From assembly GCA_965219095.1 (NCBI GenBank), contig OZ244719.1, positions 482,142 through 546,141 of the forward strand: a stretch of DNA of 64,000 nucleotides, in the 5' to 3' direction. This document shows, one piece after another, positions 1 through 9,926 of this stretch (the first letter of the stretch is position 1; each line of letters starts with the position of its first letter). The DNA comes from Bdellovibrionales bacterium (GTDB lineage: Bacteria; Bdellovibrionota; Bdellovibrionia; Bdellovibrionales; UBA1609). The notes beneath the pieces are model-generated. The model was not told the origin of the DNA, searched no databases, and saw only the letters and a list, made by a program, of their open reading frames with translations. The translations under genes were made by a program, and so were the position numbers.

Positions 1-204
1 ACAATGGCTTTAATGGCGACAAAAAGCCTCTCAGCTGTCCAAGCAAGTCTTGGGCATAAGGATCAAGCTATGACTCAAAGGTATGCAAAAGTGGTGGCTC
101 TCATTAACTCGGATATGGCAGAAAAAACAGCTCAGATGTATGAAATGAACTCTTTAGGTTCATCTCCATCACGACAGATCACGACGTCTTTACAGACAAA
201 ATGA
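1..204 (+). CDS. int: Tyrosine integrase, C-terminal end (partial, runs off the window)
   Basis: LGH..TQRY catalytic His/Tyr motif; nucleotide sequence identical to the 3' end of the integrase ending at 23923. Confidence 0.9.
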   Translation, partial: TMALMATKSLSAVQASLGHKDQAMTQRYAKVVALINSDMAEKTAQMYEMNSLGSSPSRQITTSLQTK

Positions 205-408
205 ACTTTAGGATCAAAAGGATACTGGTAGTTGAATTTTAAAATTTTTTAAAATTTAAAAAAAGAATTCTAGCAGGAACACTTGGAATGAAAAACTCAC
301 GACGGAAATCACGACTTCTCACTAAAATAGCTAAGATATCACTCATAAAGTAGAGCGTGAAAGAAGTTCTAGCAGTGGAAAGTTTAAGGGATTTTTTGAA
401 AGTAAAAA

Positions 409-440
409 TTAAAACCCTCTCTAAAAAAAGAGGGTTTTAA
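409..440. terminator. Bidirectional intrinsic terminator between integrase and pilin cassette 1
   Basis: ttaaaaccctct-ctaaaaaa-agagggttttaa hairpin with A/T tails. Confidence 0.8.
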
Positions 441-464
441 GAAAAGTTTTTTAAACTTAGAAAG

Positions 465-896
465 TTAATATGCTGTTAATATTTTGTCTTGCTTGATTTC
501 CCATTTCTGAACACTGGTTTGGCCTGAGTTCCCCTCTGCACAAGCTGTAAATTTCTGGGGATTCACACTATTATCTATTTTACATGCTGCTCTTGCAATA
601 GCTGAAGTTTTCGTGCCTACAGTATTTTCATGTGCCAGATCACTTGCTCCACCTGTCACACACCCTGACGGTAGTGTTGTAAGTGCAGTATTAAAGCCAA
701 TTGTGTAATGGGTTGCTCCATCAGGTTTATCAAAACCTATGATGTTAAGATTATGGCAATACCCTGTGCTTTCATACTGAAAAGCTTTTTCTGCTGTATA
801 AAGAGCCCCTAAGTTAGTTTTAGCTTCACCGCTTCGTGCTTTTTTTCTAAACCCATCGAATGCAGGAATGGCAACTGCTGCAAGAATTCCTATAAT
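465..896 (-). other. Leader-less type IVa pilin cassette 1 (143 codons, open to stop)
   Basis: Manual translation: IIGILAAVAIPAFDGFRKKARSGEAKTNLGALYTAEKAFQYESTGYCHNL...KFTACAEGN...WEIKQDKILTAY*. In-frame TAG two codons upstream; no start codon or G|FTLxE prepilin leader. Confidence 0.9.
784..895. repeat. Pilin-helix direct repeat copy 1 (putative att site)
   Basis: Near-identical to 18524-18635 and 24520-24631; 834-895 identical in all three; identity stops abruptly after ...gaattcctataa. Confidence 0.92.
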
Positions 897-1081
897 CGGC
901 TAAAAGAGATCTGCTATGTTGTTGGAATCAGTAAAAAATAAATGAATATAAATAACTTATCCATTACTGTAAGCACCTTGATTTTCCTGAAACTTCTCGA
1001 TAGTACCCACATTTTAATTATTGATCACCTACAGATCACACATAAAATTAAGGAAATAATTTATACATACTCATATGAATT

Positions 1082-1210
1082 ACCGCTCTATCCAAGCTTA
1101 AATTTCTCTTATAAGTTTTTCTTAGAGGGAAGATTTTATGGAAGAAAGAATTAATTTAAAAGAGAAAATACAGCTTTGTCGAGAGGAGAGTTTGAACAAA
1201 AAGCTTCATC
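1082..1210 (+). mobile_element. IS66 left-end/tnpA start remnant
   Basis: Similar to the reverse complement of about 50285-50410; a further remnant lies at about 8111-8175. Confidence 0.7.
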
Positions 1211-1272
1211 TTTGCTTCCTCCAAACTTGAAGTCCTTCTTCTTTTGTAAATTCTTTGCTATACCTGTTGGCG

Positions 1273-1899
1273 TTAGGTTTTCTGATCATTTTTTACCTTG
1301 CCATTAAGACCGACTTGTTGAAGAAATTTTTTCCAAATCAAAATAGATCGATCTATAAACTCCTTATGCTCATAAGAGTATTGTTTTTTTTCTGAATAGA
1401 AAGTGACTTTAATTACGTGGCAATCACGAGTATAATCGTATGCACGATAAAACCCTATTTTTTCGCTAAGAGATGGTTTGTTTAATTTTAGATGCTTTAA
1501 TCCATTTGCAATATCTCGACAAATTAAAAACTCTGGGAAGCAAAAAAGCATACAAGAATCTTTATTCAAGTCTTCACTTATAGATAAGTCAACATAATCC
1601 TTTAAATGGAAGCAAACTAAGACAAAGGCATGAAGATAGTCTATTATGTCTTCAATATTTTTATCATTAGCTATACCTAAATATTCAATTCGCCATTTCC
1701 ATCTTAATAAAGCCTTCCACTGAATTTTCCAATTATCTTTATCCTTACCGAAAGCCAAACCAACGTTGTGAAAGCCTGCCTCACCAGGTATCCAAACATC
1801 ATCTCTTGTATCAATTGATGTGATTGTATATGGTGGTTTATGACCTCCTTTTTCTAATTCTCTTACGATACTCTCAATATCTTTTTTGTTTTTTTCCAT
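1273..1899 (-). CDS. Hypothetical protein, possibly HEPN-like
   Basis: 208-aa ORF with helical C-terminal half FHLKDY...CRDIANGLKH (R..H motif reminiscent of HEPN RNases). Confidence 0.5.
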   Translation of the reverse strand: MEKNKKDIESIVRELEKGGHKPPYTITSIDTRDDVWIPGEAGFHNVGLAFGKDKDNWKIQWKALLRWKWRIEYLGIANDKNIEDIIDYLHAFVLVCFHLKDYVDLSISEDLNKDSCMLFCFPEFLICRDIANGLKHLKLNKPSLSEKIGFYRAYDYTRDCHVIKVTFYSEKKQYSYEHKEFIDRSILIWKKFLQQVGLNGKVKNDQKT

Positions 1900-2051
1900 T
1901 TAAAAAATTCTCATTTAAATATCTCAGAATTAACTTATTACTGCACTGGAATTTTAATTTTTTCTATTTTTTATTTAATTTTAGCTATTCTTTTTTCTGT
2001 ATATTGTCAATACAAGGGGCATTATGTTTTGTCATGAGGATTTTTTTGGTT

Positions 2052-2156
2052 ATCTTTTTTATGAAAGAACGTTAAGTTAGTTTCTTAACAGCCCTTGACT
2101 TCTACGAGGAGGATGTTTCTTAGATGCTTTTGCCCACAGATTCTCGGGAGGAGCCA
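2052..2156 (+). repeat. Chimeric IS66-end + ISL3-end repeat, copy 1
   Basis: About 105-bp direct repeat with 4743-4848. Confidence 0.75.
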
Positions 2157-2610
2157 AATAAATAAATATAAATAACTTATGCATTTCTGAAAGCGCCTTG
2201 ATTTTCCTGAAACTTCTTGATAGTACCTAAACTTTAATTATTGATTACCTACAGATCACACATAAAATTAAAGATATAATTTAATCCATATTTTCTTTCT
2301 TTTTACAACTTTGAGATAATAGTCCTGTTTTGTAGCCACTCTGTGTCACTATGTTTAGAATCTCTTATGATAATTAGGGTCATTTTAATCTTGTTGTACT
2401 TGGGGGGCAAGCAATCAATAAGGTAGCTTGTATGCAACGCAAAACAACCTTTTGGTAAATAAATGCTTAATTTTAGTATCACCTTAATTTTCATAGCTTG
2501 GATGTCATTGAAAATAACGCACATGAGAATAGATTTTTATGAGCCAAAATTTTTACTTTTGAAATAAGCATTGAAACTTTTACATAGATCAACCTAAAAT
2601 AAAAATAATT

Positions 2611-2859
2611 ATGCCTCAATTAAAATATAGAGATTTACCTTGGAATTTAAAGAGAAGAATAGATGCTTCAGGGCCTATGATGCAACCAAGGAAATCTGAA
2701 AATCCCACGGTAAATGGTATTTTAAAAAGACTAAAAACCTCTGAAGAACGAGCCTTACAAGCAAAAGCATCTGCCACCGCAAAACAAAAAAGAGATGTTA
2801 TTGATCTTATTGAAAGCTACTTAGGAGAACACAGTACATCAAGGTCTGCTGAACTTTAA
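2611..2859 (+). CDS. Small hypothetical protein
   Basis: 82-aa ORF ending 3 bp before the methylase start. Confidence 0.5.
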   Translation: MPQLKYRDLPWNLKRRIDASGPMMQPRKSENPTVNGILKRLKTSEERALQAKASATAKQKRDVIDLIESYLGEHSTSRSAEL

Positions 2860-2862
2860 AAA

Positions 2863-3180
2863 ATGGCGAAAAAGAAGAGAAAAAAGAAACCGGCTGTTTC
2901 AAAGCCAATTGAAATTTATAAACATAAGAGTAAAAGAAAAAACAATCCTCATGTTGGAGGAGTCACCTCTAAAAGAGAAAGTCCAAAAGTTAAAGCTAAA
3001 AAATATCAGTATGACTCTCATTTAGATCCGCTACTACAGTGGGCTGGTAAAGCTGAGCGGACTTCCTTTGAAGTGCCAAGTGTATCCCTTCATGTTCATG
3101 AAAAAATTGATCCAAGAAGCATTATTGAAACTGTAAGAAATAGAAATTCTATAGATTACGAGCAACTTTCTCTTTTTCAG
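2863..3180 (+). pseudogene. N-terminus of a type III R-M Mod-like adenine DNA methyltransferase, truncated by IS-derived DNA
   Basis: YDSHLDPLLQWAGK..VPSVSLHVHEKIDPRSIIE motif typical of this methylase N-terminus; sequence switches at about 3180 to a segment repeated at 24817-24905. Confidence 0.7.
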
Positions 3181-3282
3181 AGGATGTTCCATTTCTCGGT
3201 GGAATTATTAGAGGGCGATTTCATGTTTAAGCGACCTTTCTTTGTTTTGCAATCATTTTTTCTAAGTTTTCTTTAAAGTTTT

Positions 3283-4660
3283 GGCTCCTCCAGGGAATCT
3301 GTGGGTAAAAAGTAGCTAGAAATCCCCAAAAAAGCTCATATTAGCCAAAGCAAGAGTAAGATATCCTGTCTTGTATTTTTGAGTTCTTTAAGGCCTTACT
3401 GGCCTCTATCGCCGCTGGCGATTGAACTCAAAAACATTCATTTTATTTGCTGTATTACATTAAAATCTTAAAAAAGAAGCACCTACTTCCCAGATGCCTT
3501 AAAATGTTATTCAAAAAAAAAAAAACAAAGGAGGGAAGAGATGCTTTTGAAGACTATACTAAATGATTGTTTAAAATGGAAGTCTTTTGTGTATGGAGAC
3601 ATTTATTTTTCAAAAGATAGAAAGTCAATTAATGTTCCTATTAAGGCTCGTAAAAATGGCCAAGTTCTTTGTAATGTTTGTAAGAAGCCCTAGTGTATGA
3701 CACCAGTAAATCATCACGGGACTTTGAATCCCTTCCTATTTTAAGTTACAGGGTGTTCTTTGTTTATACTGTAAGAAGAGTCAATTGTCCTTGCTGTGGG
3801 GTAAAAGTTGAACATTTACCTTGGGCTGATGGTAAGAAGAGTTTAACGATCTTTTACATGAAGTACTTAGCTGACTGGTGTCGTCACCTATCTTGGAAAG
3901 AGGTTTCTTGTAAGTTTCAGGTCAGTTGGAATCAGGTCTATGCTTCAGTGGAGTGGGTTGTAGAGTATGGTTTAAAACAGAGGGTTTTAGAGGGGATATA
4001 TGCTATAGGAGTCGACGAGATACAATGGAAAAAGAACCATAAGTATCTCACCTTAGTCTATGAAATAAGCAAAGAAAGTGTTCGTTTGCTATGGATAGGA
4101 GAAAAAAGAACAGAGGAGAGTTTCAACAAGTTTTTTGATTTGCTAGGAGAGAAGTCAAAAGATATACAGTTTGTGTGTTCTGATATGTGGAAGCCCTATT
4201 TAAAAGTTATAAAGGAAAGGGCAAGTCAAGCTTTGAATATATTAGATCGCTTTCATATTGTAGCAAAACTCAATAAAGCTTTAGATGAAGTGAGAGCCTC
4301 AGAACATAGAAAAATGAAAGAAGATGGCTGTCAACCACTTTTAACAAAAGCTAGATGGCCTTTGTTAAAAAATGCAGAAAATTTAAAATCTTATGAGAAA
4401 GTAAAATTAAGGCATTTAATACAGTACAACTTAAAAAGTATCCGCTGTTATCTTTTAAAAGAAGACTTCCGACAGTTATGGACCTATGTTTCACCAACTT
4501 GGGCTGGGAAATTTATAGACAGTTGGACGAAACGAGTCATGCTTTCAAAAATTGAACCCTTAAAGAAAGAAGCAAAAACCATACGAAGACATAAAACTCT
4601 TATCCTTAATTACTTCAAAGCTAAAAAAACCTTCTCCTCAGGGATTGTAGAGGGTTTAAA
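3283..4660 (+). mobile_element. ISL3 family element; transposase has a premature stop (3691-3693) and 3' truncation
   Basis: ggctcctcc left end; ATG at 3541; GVDE / SDMW / LDRFH / GIVEG motifs. Confidence 0.9.
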
Positions 4661-4728
4661 TGTAATAGTCGCAACTTGATCTGACAGTTACCCTTTCTGG
4701 GTTGATAAAAAACTGTCTGTCAGTTTGC
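4661..4728 (-). mobile_element. IS481 right-end remnant
   Basis: Reverse-complement match to 62490-62554. Confidence 0.75.
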
Positions 4729-4742
4729 GTTCTGTTCAATCA

Positions 4743-4848
4743 TCTTTTTTATGAAAGAAAGAACGTAAGTTGGTTTCTTAACAGCCCTTGACTCCTACGA
4801 GGAGGATGTTTCTTAGATGCTTTTAACCACAGATTCTCGGGAGGAGCC
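4743..4848 (+). repeat. Chimeric IS66-end + ISL3-end repeat, copy 2
   Basis: Direct repeat of 2052-2156. Confidence 0.75.
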
Positions 4849-4855
4849 GATATTT

Positions 4856-6187
4856 TTATGAAGTTGAAGTTTCAGCCAAAGCATCAATCCAATTATTAAT
4901 ATATCTAGCTTTGCTTTGAATTACATGAGATTCAGCCAAACCTTTGATTTCTTTAAGTTGATTCACAAGTTTGTCAATGTCTTTTTTACGAACTTCCTCT
5001 CTTTCCTTTAGCATACATAACAAAAAGTGAAAGCGTGCCTTTTTTGCTGCAGCAGGAGTTTGTACCTCTCTATTTGATTTCTTACTTTTACTAGAACGAG
5101 TCTCTCCAAAGTTTTTAAAGTTATTAAGATCATCTTTGATTACACCCTTACATATTGCACAATCACAAATTTTTTGAAAAAAATCATGGTGAGTATTGAT
5201 ATGAAGATTTTCAAATAATAGCTCTATCTCAGGAATTCCAAATTTTCCATGCAATGGTGGAAAGTAATAATTTATAACTGGAGTCCCTCCCCCTAAAACA
5301 GGCATAATATTTTTTTTAGAACCATAGCCTACACCGTGAGAAACACTTGTCATGCCAAATTTAGATAGAAGGTAAGAGAAATACCCTCCATGCCTATTAA
5401 ATACTTCAAGCCCGTTTTCCTTATATTTTTCAACTAGTCTGCGAAATGAAGAAAGATAGTTAGCACTTCTTTCGCTTTCATCAAAGTCATTTATCCATAG
5501 ATAAACCCCTTTGAAACCATTTCCCAGCTTTAAAATGGCATTAATAAAATTAGAGTCTAATAAAAGATCATAATCGAAACAGAGACTTAGATATAAATCA
5601 TTAGAGTATGAAAGAGAATCTTGACGGATTTTTTGATATATATTAATCCAGAGATCTTTTCGCTTTTTATCTATAAAAAAATAAGGCGTGAAAATTATTT
5701 TTGGCATTGAGAGGTCATTTGCAAAAGAAGCTGTTTCTTCGTCTTCTCGTAAGATATTTTTAATTCGATTATTTTGATACTCAATTACAGATTTACAAAT
5801 ATCTTTTCGTTTTATATCGCCATCTAAGTCCTTCAAAGTAATGGCCTTACTATTTTCAACAGCATCACTAAAGCTATTACCTAATTTTAAAGCTAATTTT
5901 TTATATGAAGCTTTAATTTCAAATCCTTTTTTAGTTTTAGATTTTAACCATTGAAGATCAGAAATGAGTTGCCCATCATGCGAATAGTATTCGCCAAAAG
6001 AGTAGGTCATAGGATCAATAAGATAATCTCTATTATTTTCTTTGCAATGCTTTATTATTAAACTTGCAACGGCATTAGGAGTCATCTCTATTAAGTTTCC
6101 GCTAAAGGTAACCCCATCGAAAAATCGAAGAATCTTATCAAAATAATCTTTTTCTGAGTGACTACCATATCTTAAAAAAATATTCAT
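4856..6187 (-). CDS. Hypothetical 443-aa protein, putative TIM-barrel with CxCxxC..H zinc site (TGT-like or Sce7725/beta-like)
   Basis: CDCAIC...RFHF motif; alternating beta/alpha pattern; last gene of an overlapping four-gene operon. Confidence 0.6.
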   Translation of the reverse strand: MNIFLRYGSHSEKDYFDKILRFFDGVTFSGNLIEMTPNAVASLIIKHCKENNRDYLIDPMTYSFGEYYSHDGQLISDLQWLKSKTKKGFEIKASYKKLALKLGNSFSDAVENSKAITLKDLDGDIKRKDICKSVIEYQNNRIKNILREDEETASFANDLSMPKIIFTPYFFIDKKRKDLWINIYQKIRQDSLSYSNDLYLSLCFDYDLLLDSNFINAILKLGNGFKGVYLWINDFDESERSANYLSSFRRLVEKYKENGLEVFNRHGGYFSYLLSKFGMTSVSHGVGYGSKKNIMPVLGGGTPVINYYFPPLHGKFGIPEIELLFENLHINTHHDFFQKICDCAICKGVIKDDLNNFKNFGETRSSKSKKSNREVQTPAAAKKARFHFLLCMLKEREEVRKKDIDKLVNQLKEIKGLAESHVIQSKARYINNWIDALAETSTS

Positions 6188-6600
6188 TTTTTTCTTATTC
6201 CTTGAGCTTTCTTAATAGATTCAGTTTTATATCTCATATTTATCACTTTAGATTTTGAAGGTTTCAATGTTATTCTGCAGTGTCCAGATGAATCAACAGC
6301 AATGACACCCACTCCAAATGGTTGAAGTTCTTGCAAAATTTTCTTGTTAATTTTCGTTTTAGGCATCGCTATGTAAACATAGTCAGAACAAAGCTGGTAT
6401 ATAAGTGCTTGTTGTAGAGCTTTTTTCCATTTTATTAATTTTAATTCAACAGACACTGCTTCCATATCCTTAGAGTAAGTAAATAAATCTATATTATACC
6501 TATAGAAACTCAACTCTTTACAAGGAGGATTAACATATTTGTTTTTTAAAAAACGAAAAACAGGTGTTAAAAGCTGAGCTTCCTTACTAAAATCCAACAT
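6184..6600 (-). CDS. Small PD-(D/E)XK nuclease-fold protein
   Basis: E...IDL...VELK...ALQQAxxY...DYVYIAMP pattern. Confidence 0.7.
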   Translation of the reverse strand: MLDFSKEAQLLTPVFRFLKNKYVNPPCKELSFYRYNIDLFTYSKDMEAVSVELKLIKWKKALQQALIYQLCSDYVYIAMPKTKINKKILQELQPFGVGVIAVDSSGHCRITLKPSKSKVINMRYKTESIKKAQGIRKK

Positions 6601-7174
6601 TTTTTTCCTCCATATCTCTTAATTTATTCTCTAAATAGAGTATGTAAACCATTGAACATATTCCGATCATAAAAAATACAGCACTAAAAATAAGAGGATA
6701 ACATAATATATATCTATCCAGATTATTTACATTTTTCTCGTAGAGTGCCATTAAACACAGAATAATGAATTCTAGACCAGCAAGAATTAAGGATAGATAT
6801 TTTAGAAGGCGTGAATAAATCTTCCACTTCCAGTATGCAGTTTTTATTTCACTATACTGTTTAAAGAAAGTATTTTTTTTCTCTAAATAATCATCTAGCC
6901 AATTCTTAAAGGCTTCACTCTCAGCAGGATTTTCCATGCCTTCTATGTACTTAAGACCCTCATCCTTTTCAACATATACATTAGGAATAGGTTTTAATAG
7001 CTTGGTAAGTTCTTCTGCTATTTCACCTGTTATTGAGTTTTTTATATTTAATATCGAACTATAAATGTATTCAAAAAAATCTTTTTTTCTTTCACTAAAT
7101 TTAAAAAAATAGATAAGATAGGCTGTTAAAAGAAAACCATGAATCCATGTAATAGTTCCATAACTCAAAATCAA
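6587..7174 (-). CDS. Membrane protein (about 3 TM helices)
   Basis: One N-terminal and two C-terminal hydrophobic segments. Confidence 0.7.
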   Translation of the reverse strand: MILSYGTITWIHGFLLTAYLIYFFKFSERKKDFFEYIYSSILNIKNSITGEIAEELTKLLKPIPNVYVEKDEGLKYIEGMENPAESEAFKNWLDDYLEKKNTFFKQYSEIKTAYWKWKIYSRLLKYLSLILAGLEFIILCLMALYEKNVNNLDRYILCYPLIFSAVFFMIGICSMVYILYLENKLRDMEEKNVGF

Positions 7175-7782
7175 AACCCTCTTTTTAAAACTTGCTTTTT
7201 AACCTCAGATTCAGTTGTCATACCAGGGTATTTCTTATAAACATAGTAAAGCAAATCACGAAGAGAATATTTACTAAAATTAGATTTAATTTTTCTAATC
7301 TTATTAAGAGTCGGTTGATGCTCTTCAGAGTTAAGCATGCTTTGAATTTTACTTCTGCCTTTTTCCGTAAGTTTAAATCTTTTTTCAACATAACTATCAG
7401 AGTAAGAACTATCATCTTCCTTTCCAATTAAATCTTCAAATTTTATTTCAACTGATTCAAACGAAGTACTTTCACCCACAACTTCACTCTTGATATAACC
7501 AAGGTTTTCTAAAAACTCTAAGGAATCATAAATCTTTGATGAAAAAGGCCCTGCTTTATAGGGTTCAAACTTAAAGCCATCATCTAGGGCTTGAACTTCT
7601 TCTTCAGTTTCTAATAAATAGAGAAATTTTTGAAGACGAGTTGCCCCACCTAGTTTACCTTGAAGACTTGAACCCTCAGCATCTAATCCAATCATGCACA
7701 AAATTAAAGATTTTGTGTTCATACTCATAAGTTCAGACCCCTCATAACTAAACTGTATCCCATAATGCAGAATAGGCAACAA
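7171..7782 (-). CDS. Winged-helix protein of the Panacea/DUF4065/YwgA antitoxin-like type
   Basis: TRLQKFLYLL...F.PYKAGPFS..IYDSLE.L...GYI, FKLTEKG, YVYKKYP; true start may be a downstream Met. Confidence 0.65.
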   Translation of the reverse strand: MLPILHYGIQFSYEGSELMSMNTKSLILCMIGLDAEGSSLQGKLGGATRLQKFLYLLETEEEVQALDDGFKFEPYKAGPFSSKIYDSLEFLENLGYIKSEVVGESTSFESVEIKFEDLIGKEDDSSYSDSYVEKRFKLTEKGRSKIQSMLNSEEHQPTLNKIRKIKSNFSKYSLRDLLYYVYKKYPGMTTESEVKKQVLKRGF

Positions 7783-8510
7783 ATTAAACCGGTGACTGAT
7801 GATAGAAGCTATGCAAGTAGCCCAGCCAAATCTAACAACAGTTAGTACACTGTAAAGCTATAAAATCAATATACTTTGAACTCCAAATCTAATGGCCGAA
7901 CCTACAAATGTATAAATTATGTGTTGTTTTGCGTTAGGACTTCCTATGATAAAGCTAAAGGTTGCTATCACAAGACCAATCACCGAAATAAGGGGGCAAA
8001 ATCACATTGTGAGCCTTGATTTGATATCGATAAGGGAAGATTCAAGGCTTGCAAGCCGGCTTTTCAAAGAAGCCATAAAATAACTCCTGCTAGAAACACC
8101 GTAAAAAAAAGTCGGTTGTCTGCCCTATCCAAGCTTAAATTTCTCTTATAATTTTTCTTAGAGGGGGATTTTAGAAGAAATCCTAAAGGAGGCTCTGGGG
8201 ACTTTAAGAGAAAATTGACTATCCGCAGAAACAGGAGAAGTCCACTTTTGCTACTGAGCAACGATTTGCGACGCTTATTGTTGATCTTGAGGTATGGATG
8301 GAATCAAAAGTTCTTTGGATTAGTGAGTTAAAGGCTTTATTAGAAAAATTCGGAAATCCTAGGCTGTAGCTAATTTTATTGGTGCTAGTGAAGCGTTTGT
8401 CCGGAAAAACGTCCGAATTTCGGACATTAAAAAGCAAAAAAAATAATTTCAAAAAAATATTAAAAAAATCCCTAATTATTGCTATGCTTTCCTAAAAAGA
8501 AGGAGACAAA

Positions 8511-8845
8511 TTGCCAACACTTGATTTTAGAGGAAAGTCTATGCAAAAAATTATGAAGAAAAAAATTGTGGGAAAGCCATTGTTTTCGCATCAACTTGTT
8601 TTGAGAAGGCAAAAGAACTTTCTCAAGAAAGCATTACTTTATTGTCAACTTCCATTCGCTATCCATAGAATAGTAGGATCTTAATGCATTTAAAAGAATT
8701 TCAAGAATCTATTTTAGAAAAGCTAGATAATTACTTAGATGCTCTTAAATATGAATATAGGGAAGAGTTAGACATAAAAGAGGTAAAAAAAGGCAAAAGC
8801 TACCAACTAGAGGAATACTTACAAAAAATATGGAGCAAGTTTTGA
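8511..8845 (+). pseudogene. Collapsed type III R-M mod-res remnant
   Basis: RBS + LPTLDFRGK (Mod N-terminus) joined to ...CQLPFAIHRIVGS* (Mod C-terminus), TAATG overlap, then MHLKEFQESILEKLDNYLDAL (Res N-terminus) stopping after 53 aa. Confidence 0.6.
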
Positions 8846-8855
8846 AAAGAGGGTT

Positions 8856-9926
8856 TTGATTTTGGAACGTATGATAAAGCAATATTTTTTCTTATTCCTT
8901 ATCCTAGTTTTTATTGTTTTAATTATTTTGCTTCCGTTTTGGTATGAGGATGTAATAAAAAGCTATTTTAAAATAGATGGCAACAATATCTCTAAGTGGG
9001 AAGTCATCAAGAGCTTAGGTTATGCTATTGGCGTAGTGGCTCTTCTTGCACAAATATCAATTTCTAGTCGCAGAACAGATGCCTCAGAAGAGTCAAATTT
9101 AAATCAACGTTACCATAACGCTATCGATCACTTATCGAGAGAAAATACAACAGCTAGGATTGGTGCTATTTATAACTTATATAATATATCAAAATCTTCA
9201 AGAGCTTATTGCAGAGTAATTTTTGATATATTTTGCACACACCTAAAAGGAAAAGGCAATAACTTTGAAATCAGAAAGGAAGAAAAGCAATTGATTGTTG
9301 ATAAGTTATTTCGAGCCAGAAAAGAAGATAGAGTTTTGAGTAATCCTCAAAAAGTAGAACTTCAAAATATAGACTTTACAGATATAAATTTTGAAAAAGC
9401 ATTTTTGAGAGAAGCAAAATTTATAGGAACTAATTTAGAAAGTTGTTCTTTTAAAGAAGCAGACCTAACTGAGTCATGCTTGCCAGCAGAATTAAAAGGG
9501 GTTAAAAGCATGGAGAAAGCAATATTGAATAAAACGGAGTTCAAATCTGGTAGTATTCTTAGAGGCCTTATCATGAATAACGGAAAGTGGAAAGATGCAA
9601 AGATTTTATATAGCGACTTGTCAAATGCAAAGTTAGAAAATGTGGATTTAACGAGAACAAAATTAACAGGAACAAAGTTAGAAAATGCAAATTTAAAAGG
9701 GGCAAATTTAAAAGGGGCAAATTTAAAAAAGGCTACCTTGGAAAATGTTGATTTAACAAAAGCAGATCTTTCGTATGCCAAGAACTTAACTTTTAATCAA
9801 TTGGTTGAGGTGAGTAGCTTGCACGGTATTATCGGATTAGATGAGAAAATTGAAAGGAAGTTAAAGACAGAAAAACCAGAGCTTTTTCAAAAAAAGCAAG
9901 AAAATATAAAGGAGGACGCAAAATGA
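8856..9926 (+). CDS. Membrane-anchored pentapeptide-repeat protein
   Basis: Two N-terminal TMs, AIDHL..ARIGAIYNL motif, A(N/D)LxG repeats. Confidence 0.85.
   Translation: MILERMIKQYFFLFLILVFIVLIILLPFWYEDVIKSYFKIDGNNISKWEVIKSLGYAIGVVALLAQISISSRRTDASEESNLNQRYHNAIDHLSRENTTARIGAIYNLYNISKSSRAYCRVIFDIFCTHLKGKGNNFEIRKEEKQLIVDKLFRARKEDRVLSNPQKVELQNIDFTDINFEKAFLREAKFIGTNLESCSFKEADLTESCLPAELKGVKSMEKAILNKTEFKSGSILRGLIMNNGKWKDAKILYSDLSNAKLENVDLTRTKLTGTKLENANLKGANLKGANLKKATLENVDLTKADLSYAKNLTFNQLVEVSSLHGIIGLDEKIERKLKTEKPELFQKKQENIKEDAK

Noticed and set aside
9362..9781. Antisense and shadow ORFs (also 7192-7431, 14654-14908, 19105-19353, 24279-24548, 29232-29450, 53991-54212, 60144-60434)
   Set aside because: Overlap well-supported genes or repeats on another frame or strand
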